A stretch of 64,000 nucleotides of DNA from a bacterium (GTDB lineage: Bacteria > UBA8248): NCBI GenBank assembly GCA_965221655.1, contig OZ244906.1, positions 99,633 to 163,632 on the forward strand, given 5' to 3'. This document shows, piece after piece, positions 19,114 to 33,617 of this stretch. A model generated the notes under the pieces. That model saw only the letters and a list, made by a program, of their open reading frames with translations, had not been told where the DNA came from and did not search any database. Each line of letters begins with the position of its first letter. Within the stretch, counting starts at the first letter, position 1. The position numbers were made by a program, and so were the translations under genes.

Positions 19114-20943
19114 ATGCAACGAACCTCACGCATACGCGTCTTGCCCGAGGCGCTCGCCAACCAGATAGCCGCGGGCGAGGTGGTGCAGCGCCCCGCATCG
19201 GTTTTGAAGGAACTCCTCGAGAACAGCATCGACGCAGACGCCGCGCGGGTGGAGATCGATCTCGAATCCGGCGGGGCGTCGCGCGTGCAGGTGGTGGACG
19301 ACGGCTGCGGCATGGGCGCTGACGACGCGCTGTTGTGCCTGGAGCGCCACGCGACGAGCAAGATAGCGACGGATGCGGACTTGGGCAGCGTCACCACCCT
19401 GGGCTTTCGGGGCGAGGCGCTGCCGAGCGTCGCGGCGGTCTCGAAGATGACCATCACTACCAGAAGGCCGGAGGATGCCCTCGGCGTGGAGGTGCGCGTG
19501 GAGGGCGGAAGGGTAAAGCGCGTAACCGAGATGGGGGCACCCGCGGGCACCCGGATGGAGGTGCGCTCCCTGTTCTACAACGTGCCCGCGCGGCGCAAGT
19601 TTCTCAAGAGAAGGGAAACGGAGCTGGCCCGCTGCCTGGAGGTGGCCCACCAGGCGGCGATGGCGAACCCCGGAGTCGCCTTCGTCCTGCGCCACGGCAA
19701 GCGAGTGCTGCTCGACGTGGACGCCTCGGCAGACGCCCGCAGCCGCGCGGCGGAGCTCGTGGGTGCGGCTGCCGCGGAGCATTTGCTGGAAATTCCGCGC
19801 GCAGCATCCGGCGAGATGACGTTCGGCGGCTGGGCGGGTGCGCCGAGTCTGCACCGCTCCACGCGCGACGCGCAGTATCTGTTCGTGAACGGGCGCCCCA
19901 TTCGGGATCGCCTCTTCGTCCACGCGGCGTATGCGGCCTACAGAAGCTTTATGCCGGTGAAGCGGCATCCCGTCTTCATCCTGTTTCTCGACATGCCGCC
20001 CGGGGACGTGGACGTGAACGTCCACCCCGCCAAGCAGGAGGTGCGCTTTCGCTTCGCCCCGGGCGTCTACGAACTGGTGCGCGAGAGCGTGGCCGCCGTC
20101 CTGGGGGCGCGGCCCGAGCCGAGGAGGAGTTTTGCCCCGCCGGGCCGCGTGGCGCCCGACTACGCACGCGCGGGCGGCGCGCAGACGGCGGATGCTCCCC
20201 GCTCGCCCGCACTGGTGAGCGGCGGGGGATACTTCGGCGGGCAGACGCCTGCCCCCGCCGGGCCGCCCCCGGTCGCGCCTCCCCCCGTGGATGCGCAGCA
20301 GCAAGAGGCGCCCGCACCTTTTGCGCGCATGCTGGAGCCACCCCATCCCGCCGACCCCGTGGTGCTCTCCGAGTGCCGCTACCTCGGCCAGTGGGAGCAA
20401 TGTTTCCTGCTGTTCGCCTCTCCGCAGGGGCTCGTGCTCGTCGACCAGCACGCCGCCCACGAGCGGGTGCTCTACAACCGGTTTCGCGATCAGTTCCGCG
20501 AAGGCCGCGTGGAGAGCCAGGCTTGTCTAGTGCCCGAGGAGGTTCGCCTCAGACCCGAGGAGGCGCTGGTCATCGAGGCGCACCACGACGATTTGCTGCG
20601 CTCGGGCTTCGAGCTCGAAAGCGCGGGGCCGGGCGCATACCACGTGCGCGCCGTACCCGCCCTCCTGGCGGACAGGGACCCCGCGGGGGCGGTGCGCCGC
20701 ATCGTCGAGAGTCTGGCGGAGGTCGAAGGCCCGGTGAGTTTTGCCGATCTGATAGACGGCATCATTGCGCGGATGAGCTGCCGCGGCGCGGTGAAGGCGG
20801 CCCGGGCCATGCGCTCCGAGGAGGTGGCCGCTCTGGTCGCCGAGCTGGAGAAGACGCCGGGCCGGTGGACTTGCCCGCACGGGCGGCCCATCATGCTGGT
20901 CATGGGCGCGGAGCCCGTGCGGAGACGCTTTTTGCGCACCTGA
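19114..20943 (+). CDS. mutL: DNA mismatch repair protein MutL
   Basis: ORF 19015..20943; ATG 19114 gives MQRTSRIRVLPEALANQIAAGEVVQRPASVLKELLENSIDA (GHKL ATPase motif I). C-terminal dimerisation domain has ...QHAAHERVLY. Confidence 0.9.
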   Translation: MQRTSRIRVLPEALANQIAAGEVVQRPASVLKELLENSIDADAARVEIDLESGGASRVQVVDDGCGMGADDALLCLERHATSKIATDADLGSVTTLGFRGEALPSVAAVSKMTITTRRPEDALGVEVRVEGGRVKRVTEMGAPAGTRMEVRSLFYNVPARRKFLKRRETELARCLEVAHQAAMANPGVAFVLRHGKRVLLDVDASADARSRAAELVGAAAAEHLLEIPRAASGEMTFGGWAGAPSLHRSTRDAQYLFVNGRPIRDRLFVHAAYAAYRSFMPVKRHPVFILFLDMPPGDVDVNVHPAKQEVRFRFAPGVYELVRESVAAVLGARPEPRRSFAPPGRVAPDYARAGGAQTADAPRSPALVSGGGYFGGQTPAPAGPPPVAPPPVDAQQQEAPAPFARMLEPPHPADPVVLSECRYLGQWEQCFLLFASPQGLVLVDQHAAHERVLYNRFRDQFREGRVESQACLVPEEVRLRPEEALVIEAHHDDLLRSGFELESAGPGAYHVRAVPALLADRDPAGAVRRIVESLAEVEGPVSFADLIDGIIARMSCRGAVKAARAMRSEEVAALVAELEKTPGRWTCPHGRPIMLVMGAEPVRRRFLRT

Positions 20944-20974
20944 GCAGGCTGCGCGGCGGCGGGGAGTGCGCTGC

Positions 20975-21003
20975 TTGACACCACTGCGTGCGCGCAACAA
21001 AAT
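20975..21003 (+). promoter_or_regulatory. candidate promoter upstream of guaBA leader
   Basis: TTGACA (20975-20980), 17 nt spacer, CAAAAT (20998-21003). Confidence 0.35.
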
Positions 21004-21046
21004 GGGGGGCAGGAAAACGCGGAGCCGTCGGGGAGGGTTTTTGATG

Positions 21047-21084
21047 GCGCATCCTCTGGAGGAAGCCTCCCATTCGCGCTTTTT
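21047..21084 (+). terminator. terminator-like hairpin + T5 in the guaB leader (mutL terminator or attenuator)
   Basis: GCGC (21047-21050) pairs with GCGC (21076-21079). These enclose GGAGG (21058-21062), AAG, CCTCC (21066-21070). TTTTT follows at 21080-21084. Confidence 0.4.
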
Positions 21085-21093
21085 GGCCCGCGT

Positions 21094-21127
21094 CGCCGCC
21101 TGCAGGCGGCGGTCGGTTCGTTTGTTG
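21094..21127 (+). terminator. second GC hairpin with T-rich tail in the guaB leader
   Basis: CGCCGCC (21094-21100), loop TGCA, GGCGGCG (21105-21111), followed by GTCGGTTCGTTTGTTG. Confidence 0.3.
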
Positions 21128-21199
21128 CGCCCGCGCACCCATCGTCTTTCGGGCGAGAGGGTGGCGGGCGTTTTCCGTATGCATCGCCGCACACGATAG

Positions 21200-22747
<1,548 letters not shown>

Positions 22748-22815
22748 CGCCCCGTGCGGCCGCGGCCGCGCGGATTCCGGCGATGGAGGAAGAAGGGCGG
22801 TTCGCCCGCTTCACG

Positions 22816-24351
22816 ATGATGCGCGATCACATACTCATCCTCGACTTCGGCTCCCAGTACACGCAGCTCATCGCCCGGCGCGTGCGCGAGCTGAACGTGT
22901 ATTGCGAAATTCACCCCTGCACCCGCGACTGGCGCACACTGGCGGGGGAGCAGACGCGCGGGGTCATCCTCTCGGGCGGGCCGATGAGCGTGTATGAGGC
23001 CGACGCCCCCACCCTCGACCCCGCCCTGCTCGCGGGCGACCTGCCCGTGCTGGGCATCTGCTACGGCATGCAGCTCATGACGCACCTGCTCGGCGGCAGC
23101 GTCGGTGCGCAGCGCAAGCGCGAGTACGGGCGCGCGGAGCTGGTGGTGGACGAATCGACGGGCATCTTCGAGGGCTCTCCGGGCGTGGAGACCGTCTGGA
23201 TGAGCCACGGCGACGCGATAGACGCACCGCCTCCCGGCTACAGGCCGCTCGCGCACTCGAACGGCTCGCCCGTGGCGGCGATGATGTCCGACGACGGGCG
23301 CCGCTACGGCATACAGTTTCACCCCGAGGTGGTCCACACTCCGCGCGGCAAGGAGATTCTGCGCAACTTCGTGCTAGGGGTATGCGGATGCGCGGGCGAT
23401 TGGACGATGCGCTCTTTCGTCGATGAGGCGACAGACCGCATCCGTGAGCAGGTGGGCAGGGAGCGGGTGATATGCGGCCTCTCGGGCGGCGTGGATTCCG
23501 CCGTGACGGCGATGATCGTGAAAAAGGCGGTGGGGGATCGCCTCACCTGCATTTTCGTGGACAACGGCTTGCTCAGAAAGAACGAGGCCGAGGAGGTGGT
23601 GGCCACCTACGGCCCGCGCCTCTCGCTGGTGCACGTGGACGCGGGCCAGGAGTTTCTGGGCGCGCTGCGCGGGGTAACGCACCCTGAATCGAAGCGCAAG
23701 AAAATCGGCGAGCTCTTCATCCGCGTGTTCGAGCGCGAGGCGCGCAAGTTCGGCGACGCCAAATTCCTCGCCCAGGGGACGCTCTATCCCGACGTGATCG
23801 AGAGCGTCTCGTTCACGGGCGGCCCCTCGGTCACCATCAAGAGCCACCACAACGTGGGCGGGCTGCCCTCCTACATGCGGCTCGCACTCGTCGAGCCCTT
23901 GCGCGAACTCTTCAAGGACGAGGTGCGCGAAGCCGGCGTGGAGCTCGGCCTGCCGCGCGAGATGCTCTGGCGCCACCCGTTTCCCGGCCCCGGCCTCGCC
24001 GTGCGCGTCCTGGGCGAGGTGACCCCCCGCCGCGTGGAAACCCTCCAGGAGGCGGACGCTATTTTCATCGAGACGCTGCGCGCCCACGGCTTCTACGACG
24101 AGGTGTGGCAGGCGTTCGCCGTGCTCCTGCCCATCCAGACCGTGGGCGTCATGGGCGACGCGCGCACCTACGAGAACGCCCTGGCGCTTCGGGCCGTCAC
24201 CAGCGTGGACGGGATGACGGCGGACTGGGCGCGCCTGCCGCCCGATTTGCTCGCCGAAGCCTCCTCGCGCATCATCAACGAAGTGCACGGCGTCAACCGC
24301 GTAACCTACGACATCTCCTCCAAACCCCCCGGCACGATTGAGTGGGAGTGA
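22816..24351 (+). CDS. guaA: GMP synthase (glutamine-hydrolysing)
   Basis: ORF 22744..24351; ATG 22816 gives [25 protein letters not shown]. GATase motif [10 protein letters not shown]-loop SGGVDS, and C-terminal ...[10 protein letters not shown]. Confidence 0.95.
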   Translation: MMRDHILILDFGSQYTQLIARRVRELNVYCEIHPCTRDWRTLAGEQTRGVILSGGPMSVYEADAPTLDPALLAGDLPVLGICYGMQLMTHLLGGSVGAQRKREYGRAELVVDESTGIFEGSPGVETVWMSHGDAIDAPPPGYRPLAHSNGSPVAAMMSDDGRRYGIQFHPEVVHTPRGKEILRNFVLGVCGCAGDWTMRSFVDEATDRIREQVGRERVICGLSGGVDSAVTAMIVKKAVGDRLTCIFVDNGLLRKNEAEEVVATYGPRLSLVHVDAGQEFLGALRGVTHPESKRKKIGELFIRVFEREARKFGDAKFLAQGTLYPDVIESVSFTGGPSVTIKSHHNVGGLPSYMRLALVEPLRELFKDEVREAGVELGLPREMLWRHPFPGPGLAVRVLGEVTPRRVETLQEADAIFIETLRAHGFYDEVWQAFAVLLPIQTVGVMGDARTYENALALRAVTSVDGMTADWARLPPDLLAEASSRIINEVHGVNRVTYDISSKPPGTIEWE

Positions 24352-24387
24352 GGGAAAAGGTGGCGAAGCCGCTCGTGCGCAAACGTC

Positions 24388-25095
24388 TCACCGCCCCACC
24401 TCCACCAGCCTGATTTCGTCCACGTCGAGTACCGAGGTGCGCGCGGTGCCCGGCGTTTTGCGGCCCGGCCTGTAGATGCCGATCTTGAGATGGGGTGCGC
24501 CGCACGGAACGGAAGAGCGGATGAGGAGGCCGCCGCCGGTGATTCTCCTGCCGTCCACGTGCAGGGCGTAGCGGGCCTGCTCGACGTTGAAGGCGAGGCG
24601 CACCTCCACCCAGCGGCCGCGGATGTCGCGCACGTCGAGGGCGTCGCCGAGTTTTCCCCTGTGGAGGCGGAACATGGCCGCAGGCCCCACCCGGCAGCCC
24701 GCGGCGCTTTGGTGGATTTGCAAAAAACTCTCGCGTTCGTGAATGAAACCGCGGGCGAAGCGCGCACGAAACGCGAGGCGGTAGTTTGCGTTCGCGCGCA
24801 GGCTGTGTGTTTGCTTTATCTCCGCGCGCTCCCACCAGGGTGCGCCGTGGCGGGCGTAGGCGTCGGAGCGGCAGCCGCCGACCCGGCCGTCTTTGAGCGT
24901 GAAGCGCAAAAATCTGCGGTCTGCCTCCCGCACCCAACGGATGGCGGCGGGGGCGACGGCGCAGTTTTCGTAGAAGGCGAGGTTCCAGTCCGCGTCGCGG
25001 TAGAGAGGGCGCGCACCCGTCTCGAAGAACACGGGGGAGGAAGTTTTACAACCCGCCAAAAAGATCATAAGAATCAGGAGGAAAACCTTGCGCAT
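24388..25095 (-). CDS. lipoprotein with polysaccharide-lyase-like (concanavalin/heparin-lyase-fold) domain
   Basis: This is the 3' 235 codons of track ORF 24388..26400, starting at ATG 25095. Lipobox MRKVFLLILMIFLAGC. Motifs FLQIHQ, WVEVRLAFN, YALHVDG and LKIGIYR resemble the Polysacc_lyase-type fold. Confidence 0.65.
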   Translation of the reverse strand: MRKVFLLILMIFLAGCKTSSPVFFETGARPLYRDADWNLAFYENCAVAPAAIRWVREADRRFLRFTLKDGRVGGCRSDAYARHGAPWWERAEIKQTHSLRANANYRLAFRARFARGFIHERESFLQIHQSAAGCRVGPAAMFRLHRGKLGDALDVRDIRGRWVEVRLAFNVEQARYALHVDGRRITGGGLLIRSSVPCGAPHLKIGIYRPGRKTPGTARTSVLDVDEIRLVEVGR

Positions 25096-25293
25096 TTCGG
25101 GCGACTCTCCTACGATGCGGATCGGGAAGGCGGTGTTCGATTGTAGACCGGGGAGCCGCCCCAGGACAGAGCGAAAACGCGGTTGCGCGCGCTCGCCCCG
25201 GCGACCTTTTACGAACCATGCCTCGTGCGCGTTTGCTTGCGTTTTTGCGGGTTTTGCGATTCGCCGCCGCGATTTCCAGGAGGGTCGGACGAA

Positions 25294-26013
25294 ATGAACC
25301 GAAAATGGAAAATGCCCGTCTTGGTGGTTGCCGGGCTCGTGCTCGTAGGCGCGACTTTTCTCGTCTACGGCTACAACCTGGGTCTGCGGCACAGCCACGA
25401 GCACCACGCCCACCACGAGGAAGAGCAGACAGGCGAGGAGCAGGGAGCAAAGGCCGACAAGAAAGTCAGCGCATACAAGCACCACGGCCACGACGCCAAA
25501 GACCGCGGGGCGCAGGCGGCCCGAAGCCACGATATGCACCATATGAAGAAAGACGATGGCTATCAGATGCAGACGGGTCGAGCGGACGAAACACAGAAAT
25601 CCCGGGGCTACGACACGAAGTCGGGCTACGCGGGGATGAAGCACGGCCACGGCATGGCCGCGAAGGTGATTCCGGCCGATTACGAGAAAGTGCCCGGCGT
25701 TGAGGTTCGCGTCGCGCGCGACACCCACGGCACAGGCGCGCTCAATCTGTATCTCGACCTCACGCACTTTCGCTTCACGCCCGAGAACGTGAACGCGGAT
25801 TCGAAGATCAACGAGGGCCACGCGCACCTCTACGTGAACGGCAAGAAGGTTGCCCGGCTCTACGGCGCCGCGTATCACCTCGACAAGTTGCCGAAGGCGG
25901 AGAAGTTGAAGATTCGCGTCACGCTCAACACGAACATGCACGAAGATTTGGTCCACGACGGCAAGATGATCGAGGACGTCGTGGAGTTCGCCTTCGACCC
26001 GAACCGTACTTAA
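25294..26013 (+). CDS. histidine-rich membrane-anchored protein, function unknown
   Basis: ORF 25183..26013; ATG 25294 is preceded by CCAGGAGGG. One TM helix (PVLVVAGLVLVGATFLVYGY), a His/acid-rich low-complexity segment (HSHEHHAHHEEE...HHGHD...HDMHHM...KHGHGM), and a C-terminal beta-rich domain with EGHAHLYVNGKK. Confidence 0.7.
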   Translation: MNRKWKMPVLVVAGLVLVGATFLVYGYNLGLRHSHEHHAHHEEEQTGEEQGAKADKKVSAYKHHGHDAKDRGAQAARSHDMHHMKKDDGYQMQTGRADETQKSRGYDTKSGYAGMKHGHGMAAKVIPADYEKVPGVEVRVARDTHGTGALNLYLDLTHFRFTPENVNADSKINEGHAHLYVNGKKVARLYGAAYHLDKLPKAEKLKIRVTLNTNMHEDLVHDGKMIEDVVEFAFDPNRT

Positions 26014-26062
26014 GCGTGTACGCGCCTGGCCGCCCGGGGAAGCCGCCGCCGGAGACGCAGCC

Positions 26063-26428
26063 TTGCTGATATGGACGCACCTGGTCCTGGCCGTGCTGGC
26101 GGTTGGTCTGGGACTGATCAACCTGGCTTCTGCCAAGGGAACGCGCAGACACCGCGTTCTCGGCTGGTGCTGGATCGTGGTGATGACGTTCGTTACGGTG
26201 CCCTCGTTCTGGATTCGCGAACTCAACGACGGCGCTTTCAGCTGGATACACCTGCTGACGGCGTGGACGATATTCTGCATGGTGGCCGCCGTCGTCTCGA
26301 TACGGCGCGGACGCGTGCGTGCGCATGCGGCCTTCATGACGGGAACGATGGTCGGCGCCCTCATCGCGGGCGGGTTCGCCATGCTGCCCGGCAGGTTCAT
26401 CAGCGAGATTCTGGGCTACGCCGGCTGA
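26063..26428 (+). CDS. small integral membrane protein (about 4 TM helices; possibly DUF2306-like)
   Basis: TTG start at 26063, 8 nt after GGAG. Strongly hydrophobic: LIWTHLVLAVLAVGLGLINL, WCWIVVMTFVTVPSFWI, WIHLLTAWTIFCMVAAVV, MVGALIAGGFAML. Confidence 0.65.
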   Translation: MLIWTHLVLAVLAVGLGLINLASAKGTRRHRVLGWCWIVVMTFVTVPSFWIRELNDGAFSWIHLLTAWTIFCMVAAVVSIRRGRVRAHAAFMTGTMVGALIAGGFAMLPGRFISEILGYAG

Positions 26429-26525
26429 CGTAAGAGACCGCGCCGCAACGCGGCGAAAGATGCCAAGCCCCGAGACGAGGGGTCTGCAAGAGCGACGACC
26501 GCCCCCACCGCCCCCGGGAGCAGCC

Positions 26526-29957
<3,432 letters not shown>

Positions 29958-29988
29958 TCGCACCATACGCGCGGCCTTTCTGGGCCGC

Positions 29989-30645
29989 ATGTCGTTCGAC
30001 GCAGCCTGGGACCTGCAAAAGCGCCTGTGGGCGGCGCGCGCGGAGGGCCGCCTGCGCGAGGACGTGTTTTTGTTTCTGGAGCACGACCCCGTGATGACGC
30101 TGGGCAAGGGCGGAGCCGAGGGAAACGTGCTCAGCCGCCGCTCGCCCGTGGACGGGGCGGAAGTTCCCCTCGTGCGGGTGAACCGGGGCGGCGAGGTTAC
30201 CTTTCACGGCCCCGGCCAGTTGATGCTCTACGCCATTTGTGACCTGCGCGAGCGCGAGCGCGACGTGCACGTACACTGCCGGAGGCTGGAGGAGGTCTTT
30301 CGGCTCTATCTGGAAGAATGCGGACTGCGCGCCGAGCGAAGGCCGGGAAGCCCGGGCCTTTGGGTGGGGGAAGAGAAGATTCTCTCCCTGGGCGTGGGTG
30401 CGAGACGCTGGGTGACGATGCACGGGGTTTCGTTCAACGCGGCTCCCGATTTGCGCTTTTTCGGAATGATGCACCCCTGCGGCGAGGTGGGCGGACGCGC
30501 GACCTCGCTCGAGCAACTCCTCGGCGCAGCACCGCCTCTGGACGCACTCGTCCGGGAGTTGCTCCCCTTGTGTGCCGAGACGTTCGGCGCGCGCCTCACA
30601 CTCGAGGCGGCGGACCTTGCAGGAGCCTTGCCCGGTGTTTCGTGA
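29989..30645 (+). CDS. lipB: octanoyltransferase LipB
   Basis: Motifs RGGEVTFHGPGQLMLY and KILSLGV. An in-frame TTG at 29950 is an alternative start that would add TIRAAFLGR. Confidence 0.85.
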   Translation: MSFDAAWDLQKRLWAARAEGRLREDVFLFLEHDPVMTLGKGGAEGNVLSRRSPVDGAEVPLVRVNRGGEVTFHGPGQLMLYAICDLRERERDVHVHCRRLEEVFRLYLEECGLRAERRPGSPGLWVGEEKILSLGVGARRWVTMHGVSFNAAPDLRFFGMMHPCGEVGGRATSLEQLLGAAPPLDALVRELLPLCAETFGARLTLEAADLAGALPGVS

Positions 30646-30658
30646 GATCTCGCACCGC

Positions 30659-31405
30659 ATGAGCGGCAGAACGGCCCTCGTACTCGCAGGCGTCTTGTTG
30701 CTGCTCGTCTGGGCCGCGGCCGTGCAGGCGGCCTGGTGGGGAGGCTTTACGCCCCGGGCGTGGGAGCTGGTGAAAAAGGGCGGCTACACCATGATTCCCC
30801 TGGGGGTCTGCTCGGTGGTCGCCCTCATGGTGGTCATGGAGCGTCTGCTCGCTCTGCGGCGCGAGAAAATCCTGCCTGAGGATCTGATAGTCGCTTCCCG
30901 AGACCACTGGCTGCGCGGCGACTACGAGGCGGCGGCGCGCCTGTGCGCGCGGTTCGACGCTCCGCTCGCGCGCGTGTTGCAGGCCGGGCTGGCGCGGCGG
31001 CGTATGGGACTCGGCGAGATGGAGCGCGCCATGATCGGCGCGGGCCAACACGAGTCCACCGTCTTGTCGCGCAACCTGCGGGCTTTGGGCGTCATCGCCA
31101 ACCTGGCGCCCATGCTCGGCCTGTTCGGCACCGTGGTGGGCATGATTCGCGCCTTCGACGTCATCAGCCGCGTGGGGACGGGGAACCCGAACCTGGTGGC
31201 CGAAGGAATCTCCGAGGCGCTCTTCACCACGGCGGCCGGCCTTCTGATCGGCATCCCCGCGCTGGCGGCGTATCACTTCTTCCGCTCGCGCGGGGGCCGC
31301 TTTTTGTTCGAAATAGAAGAGGTGGCACTCTCGCTTCTGCAGCACCTGGCCGAGAGGGCGGATGACGCGTCCGACGCGCAAAAGCCCGCGAGCGAGGATG
31401 CCTGA
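30659..31405 (+). CDS. MotA/TolQ/ExbB-family proton channel protein
   Basis: ORF 30572..31405; ATG 30659. Three TM helices. Motifs LGLFGTVVGMIRAF and ALFTTAAGLLIGIPA. Confidence 0.85.
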   Translation: MSGRTALVLAGVLLLLVWAAAVQAAWWGGFTPRAWELVKKGGYTMIPLGVCSVVALMVVMERLLALRREKILPEDLIVASRDHWLRGDYEAAARLCARFDAPLARVLQAGLARRRMGLGEMERAMIGAGQHESTVLSRNLRALGVIANLAPMLGLFGTVVGMIRAFDVISRVGTGNPNLVAEGISEALFTTAAGLLIGIPALAAYHFFRSRGGRFLFEIEEVALSLLQHLAERADDASDAQKPASEDA

Positions 31406-31807
31406 ATGCGTTTTTTCAAGGACGAGGAAGAAGACTACAACCTCCAGCTCACCTCGCTCATCGACGTCGTTTTCCTGCTCCTCATCTTCTTTATGGTCTC
31501 CACCTCGTTCGTGGACTTCACCCGCAGGATAGACATCCAGCTGCCCGAGTCGGAATCGGGCATCGCCGTCGAGGAGAAAAAGCCCTTTCTGGTGGAGGTC
31601 GGCGTGGAGAAGCGCATCGCCTTGAACGGCGAGACCATAGCGCTCGACGCCCTGCGCGGCGCGCTGGAGGCGGGCGTTCGGAGCGGGAAGTTCAAGCCCT
31701 CCCTGACCATCAAGGCGGACAAACGGCTCGATTACGGCTACGTGGTGCGGGTGATGGGCGTCATCTCCCAGGCGGGGGTGCGCGATCTCTCCCTCGCCAT
31801 GAAATAG
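31406..31807 (+). CDS. ExbD/TolR-family biopolymer transport protein
   Basis: ATG follows directly after the ExbB-like stop. N-terminal LTSLIDVVFLLLIFFMV helix and a periplasmic ExbD fold (LTIKADKRLDYGYVVRVMGVISQAGV). Confidence 0.85.
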   Translation: MRFFKDEEEDYNLQLTSLIDVVFLLLIFFMVSTSFVDFTRRIDIQLPESESGIAVEEKKPFLVEVGVEKRIALNGETIALDALRGALEAGVRSGKFKPSLTIKADKRLDYGYVVRVMGVISQAGVRDLSLAMK

Positions 31808-31828
31808 GCTTTGCCCGGAGCCGCGCGC

Positions 31829-32491
31829 ATGAACCGCAGACGAGCCGACTCCGTTGTCTCCATGCCCGGCGAGGGCGGGGCGAGGACACGCGTCCTCTTG
31901 CTTCGCCACGGAGCGGCGGAGGGGTCCCAAGAGGGGTTTTTCTACGGCAGCACCGACGTGGCGCTCCTGCCCGAGGGGAAAGAACAGGTGCGCGAGGCGG
32001 CGGGGCGCGTGCGCGAGTGGCTGCTTGCGGGCGAAACCACGCTTCTTGCCAGCCCGCTGGCGCGCGCCCTGGGGACGGCGGAGATTCTCGCGGACGCGCT
32101 GGGTCTCGCCGCACAGCCCGGCGTCGTACCCGGCCTTGCCGAACTCCACCTGGGCGAGTGGGAGGGGGAGAGCCACGCGAGCCTCATGCGCAAGGACCCC
32201 GAGGGGTTGCGGGCGCATTACGCGAATTTTGCGCACTCCCGCCCGCCCGGCGGCGGGGAATCGCTCGAGGACCTGGCGGCGCGGGTGTTGCCCGCGTTTC
32301 GAGAAGCCTGTGCCGGGGCGGGGGGTGCGAACCTCCTCATCGCCGCCCACGCGGCGGTGAACCGAGTAATTCTGTGCGACGCCCTGGGTGCGCCGCTGGG
32401 GAGCTTCTTTCGGCTGGAGCAGGATTTTGCGGCGCTGAACGTCATCGACCTGGGCGGGAGCGCGCCCCTGGTGCGCGCGATGAACCTGTGA
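31829..32491 (+). CDS. histidine phosphatase (phosphoglycerate-mutase-like) family protein
   Basis: RHG motif VLLLRHGAAEG and a second catalytic His context LLIAAHAAVNRVIL. ATG 31862 is an alternative start. Confidence 0.75.
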   Translation: MNRRRADSVVSMPGEGGARTRVLLLRHGAAEGSQEGFFYGSTDVALLPEGKEQVREAAGRVREWLLAGETTLLASPLARALGTAEILADALGLAAQPGVVPGLAELHLGEWEGESHASLMRKDPEGLRAHYANFAHSRPPGGGESLEDLAARVLPAFREACAGAGGANLLIAAHAAVNRVILCDALGAPLGSFFRLEQDFAALNVIDLGGSAPLVRAMNL

Positions 32492-32623
32492 GGGTGCTTT
32501 ACGTCCCCGAAAATTTTGCGGGAACCGGTTGACATCTCCCTGCCGGATGGGGTTTATATACCACTTCGTTTTTCGTCGGGGAGGCGTTCCCCGGCACCAG
32601 GAAAGAAAAGAGAGCCGATGAGA

Positions 32624-33067
32624 ATGTACCAAAAGACGCCTTCCCTCTCGAAGGAGAAGGCGAACGCGCAGCGCGGCTGGGTGCTGGTCGACGCGAAGGA
32701 TCAGACGCTGGGGCGTCTTTCCACGCGCGTGGCGACGCTTTTGCGCGGCAAGCACAAGCCCGACTGGACGCCCCACGTCGACAACGGCGAGTACGTCGTC
32801 GTCATCAACGCCGAGCGCGTCCTGCTCACGGGCCGCAAGCTGACCGAGAAGAAGTATTACCGCCACTCCGGCTACCCGGGCCACCTCAAGGAGGTGAGTG
32901 CGGGGCGTTTGCTGGAGACGCACCCCGAGCGGGTGGTAGAGCACGCCGTGCGCGGCATGTTGCCCAAGAACAAGCTGGGCCGCGCCCTGCTGCAAAAGCT
33001 CAAGGTCTACGCAGGCGACAAACATCCGCACGAGGCGCAGCGCCCCGAAGCGGTTCGGTTCGACTGA
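32624..33067 (+). CDS. rplM: 50S ribosomal protein L13
   Basis: [46 protein letters not shown]... ATG 32618 (two codons upstream) is also possible. Confidence 0.9.
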   Translation: MYQKTPSLSKEKANAQRGWVLVDAKDQTLGRLSTRVATLLRGKHKPDWTPHVDNGEYVVVINAERVLLTGRKLTEKKYYRHSGYPGHLKEVSAGRLLETHPERVVEHAVRGMLPKNKLGRALLQKLKVYAGDKHPHEAQRPEAVRFD

Positions 33068-33096
33068 ATACTGCTCAAGAGGCTCACGACAACCCA

Positions 33097-33492
33097 ATGG
33101 CTACGATACCCAAGCACTACGCCACGGGAAAACGAAAGACTTCCGTCGCGCGCGTCTGGATAGAGCCCGGCGACGGCAGGATTTTGGTGAACAACACCCC
33201 CGCGGACGAGTATTTTCTGCGCGACACCTCGCTCATGATCATCAAACAACCCTTCGAGCTTACCGAAACCTGGGGCAGCTACGACGTGCGCGCCACCGTG
33301 AAGGGCGGCGGCCTCACCGGTCAGGCGGGCGCGGTTCGCCACGGCATCTCGAAGGCCCTGCTGGAGGTGGACCCCGCCTTCAGGCGGATTCTCAAGAAAG
33401 CGGGCCTCATCACGCGCGATTCCCGCGTCAAGGAACGCAAGAAATACGGACTCAAGGGCGCGCGCAAGAGCTTCCAGTTCTCCAAGCGTTGA
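33097..33492 (+). CDS. rpsI: 30S ribosomal protein S9
   Basis: 131 aa, [14 protein letters not shown]...[19 protein letters not shown]...[18 protein letters not shown]. Confidence 0.95.
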   Translation: MATIPKHYATGKRKTSVARVWIEPGDGRILVNNTPADEYFLRDTSLMIIKQPFELTETWGSYDVRATVKGGGLTGQAGAVRHGISKALLEVDPAFRRILKKAGLITRDSRVKERKKYGLKGARKSFQFSKR

Positions 33493-33617
33493 CCGCCGCG
33501 GCGGTCGGGCACGGGGGCCGGTGTTCGCCGGCCCTCTTTTTTTGCGCGAAAAACGGATTTTGGTGTACCTTGTGCAGGTGAGGGCCGCGGGCGCTCCGCT
33601 GCCGTGGAGGAGGGAAG

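Noticed and set aside
21090-21112. Possible ZTP (pfl) riboswitch 3' element, CCGCCTGCAGGC versus the conserved CCGCCUGGGC.
   Set aside because: The match is inexact, and I did not find the upstream GGGUCGUGAC-type subdomain. I also saw no purine-riboswitch core. An Rfam scan is needed to be certain.
20966-21199. 77-aa Arg-rich ORF in the mutL-guaB spacer.
   Set aside because: It has extreme Arg content, no SD and no family resemblance. The region is better explained as structured non-coding leader.
24388-26400. 670-aa minus-strand ORF spanning the guaA-dnaE gap.
   Set aside because: Only the last 235 codons (from ATG 25095, lipobox LAGC) look like a protein. The upstream 435 codons are Arg/Ala/Pro-rich and run antisense to two convincing plus-strand membrane-protein genes (25294-26013, 26063-26428).
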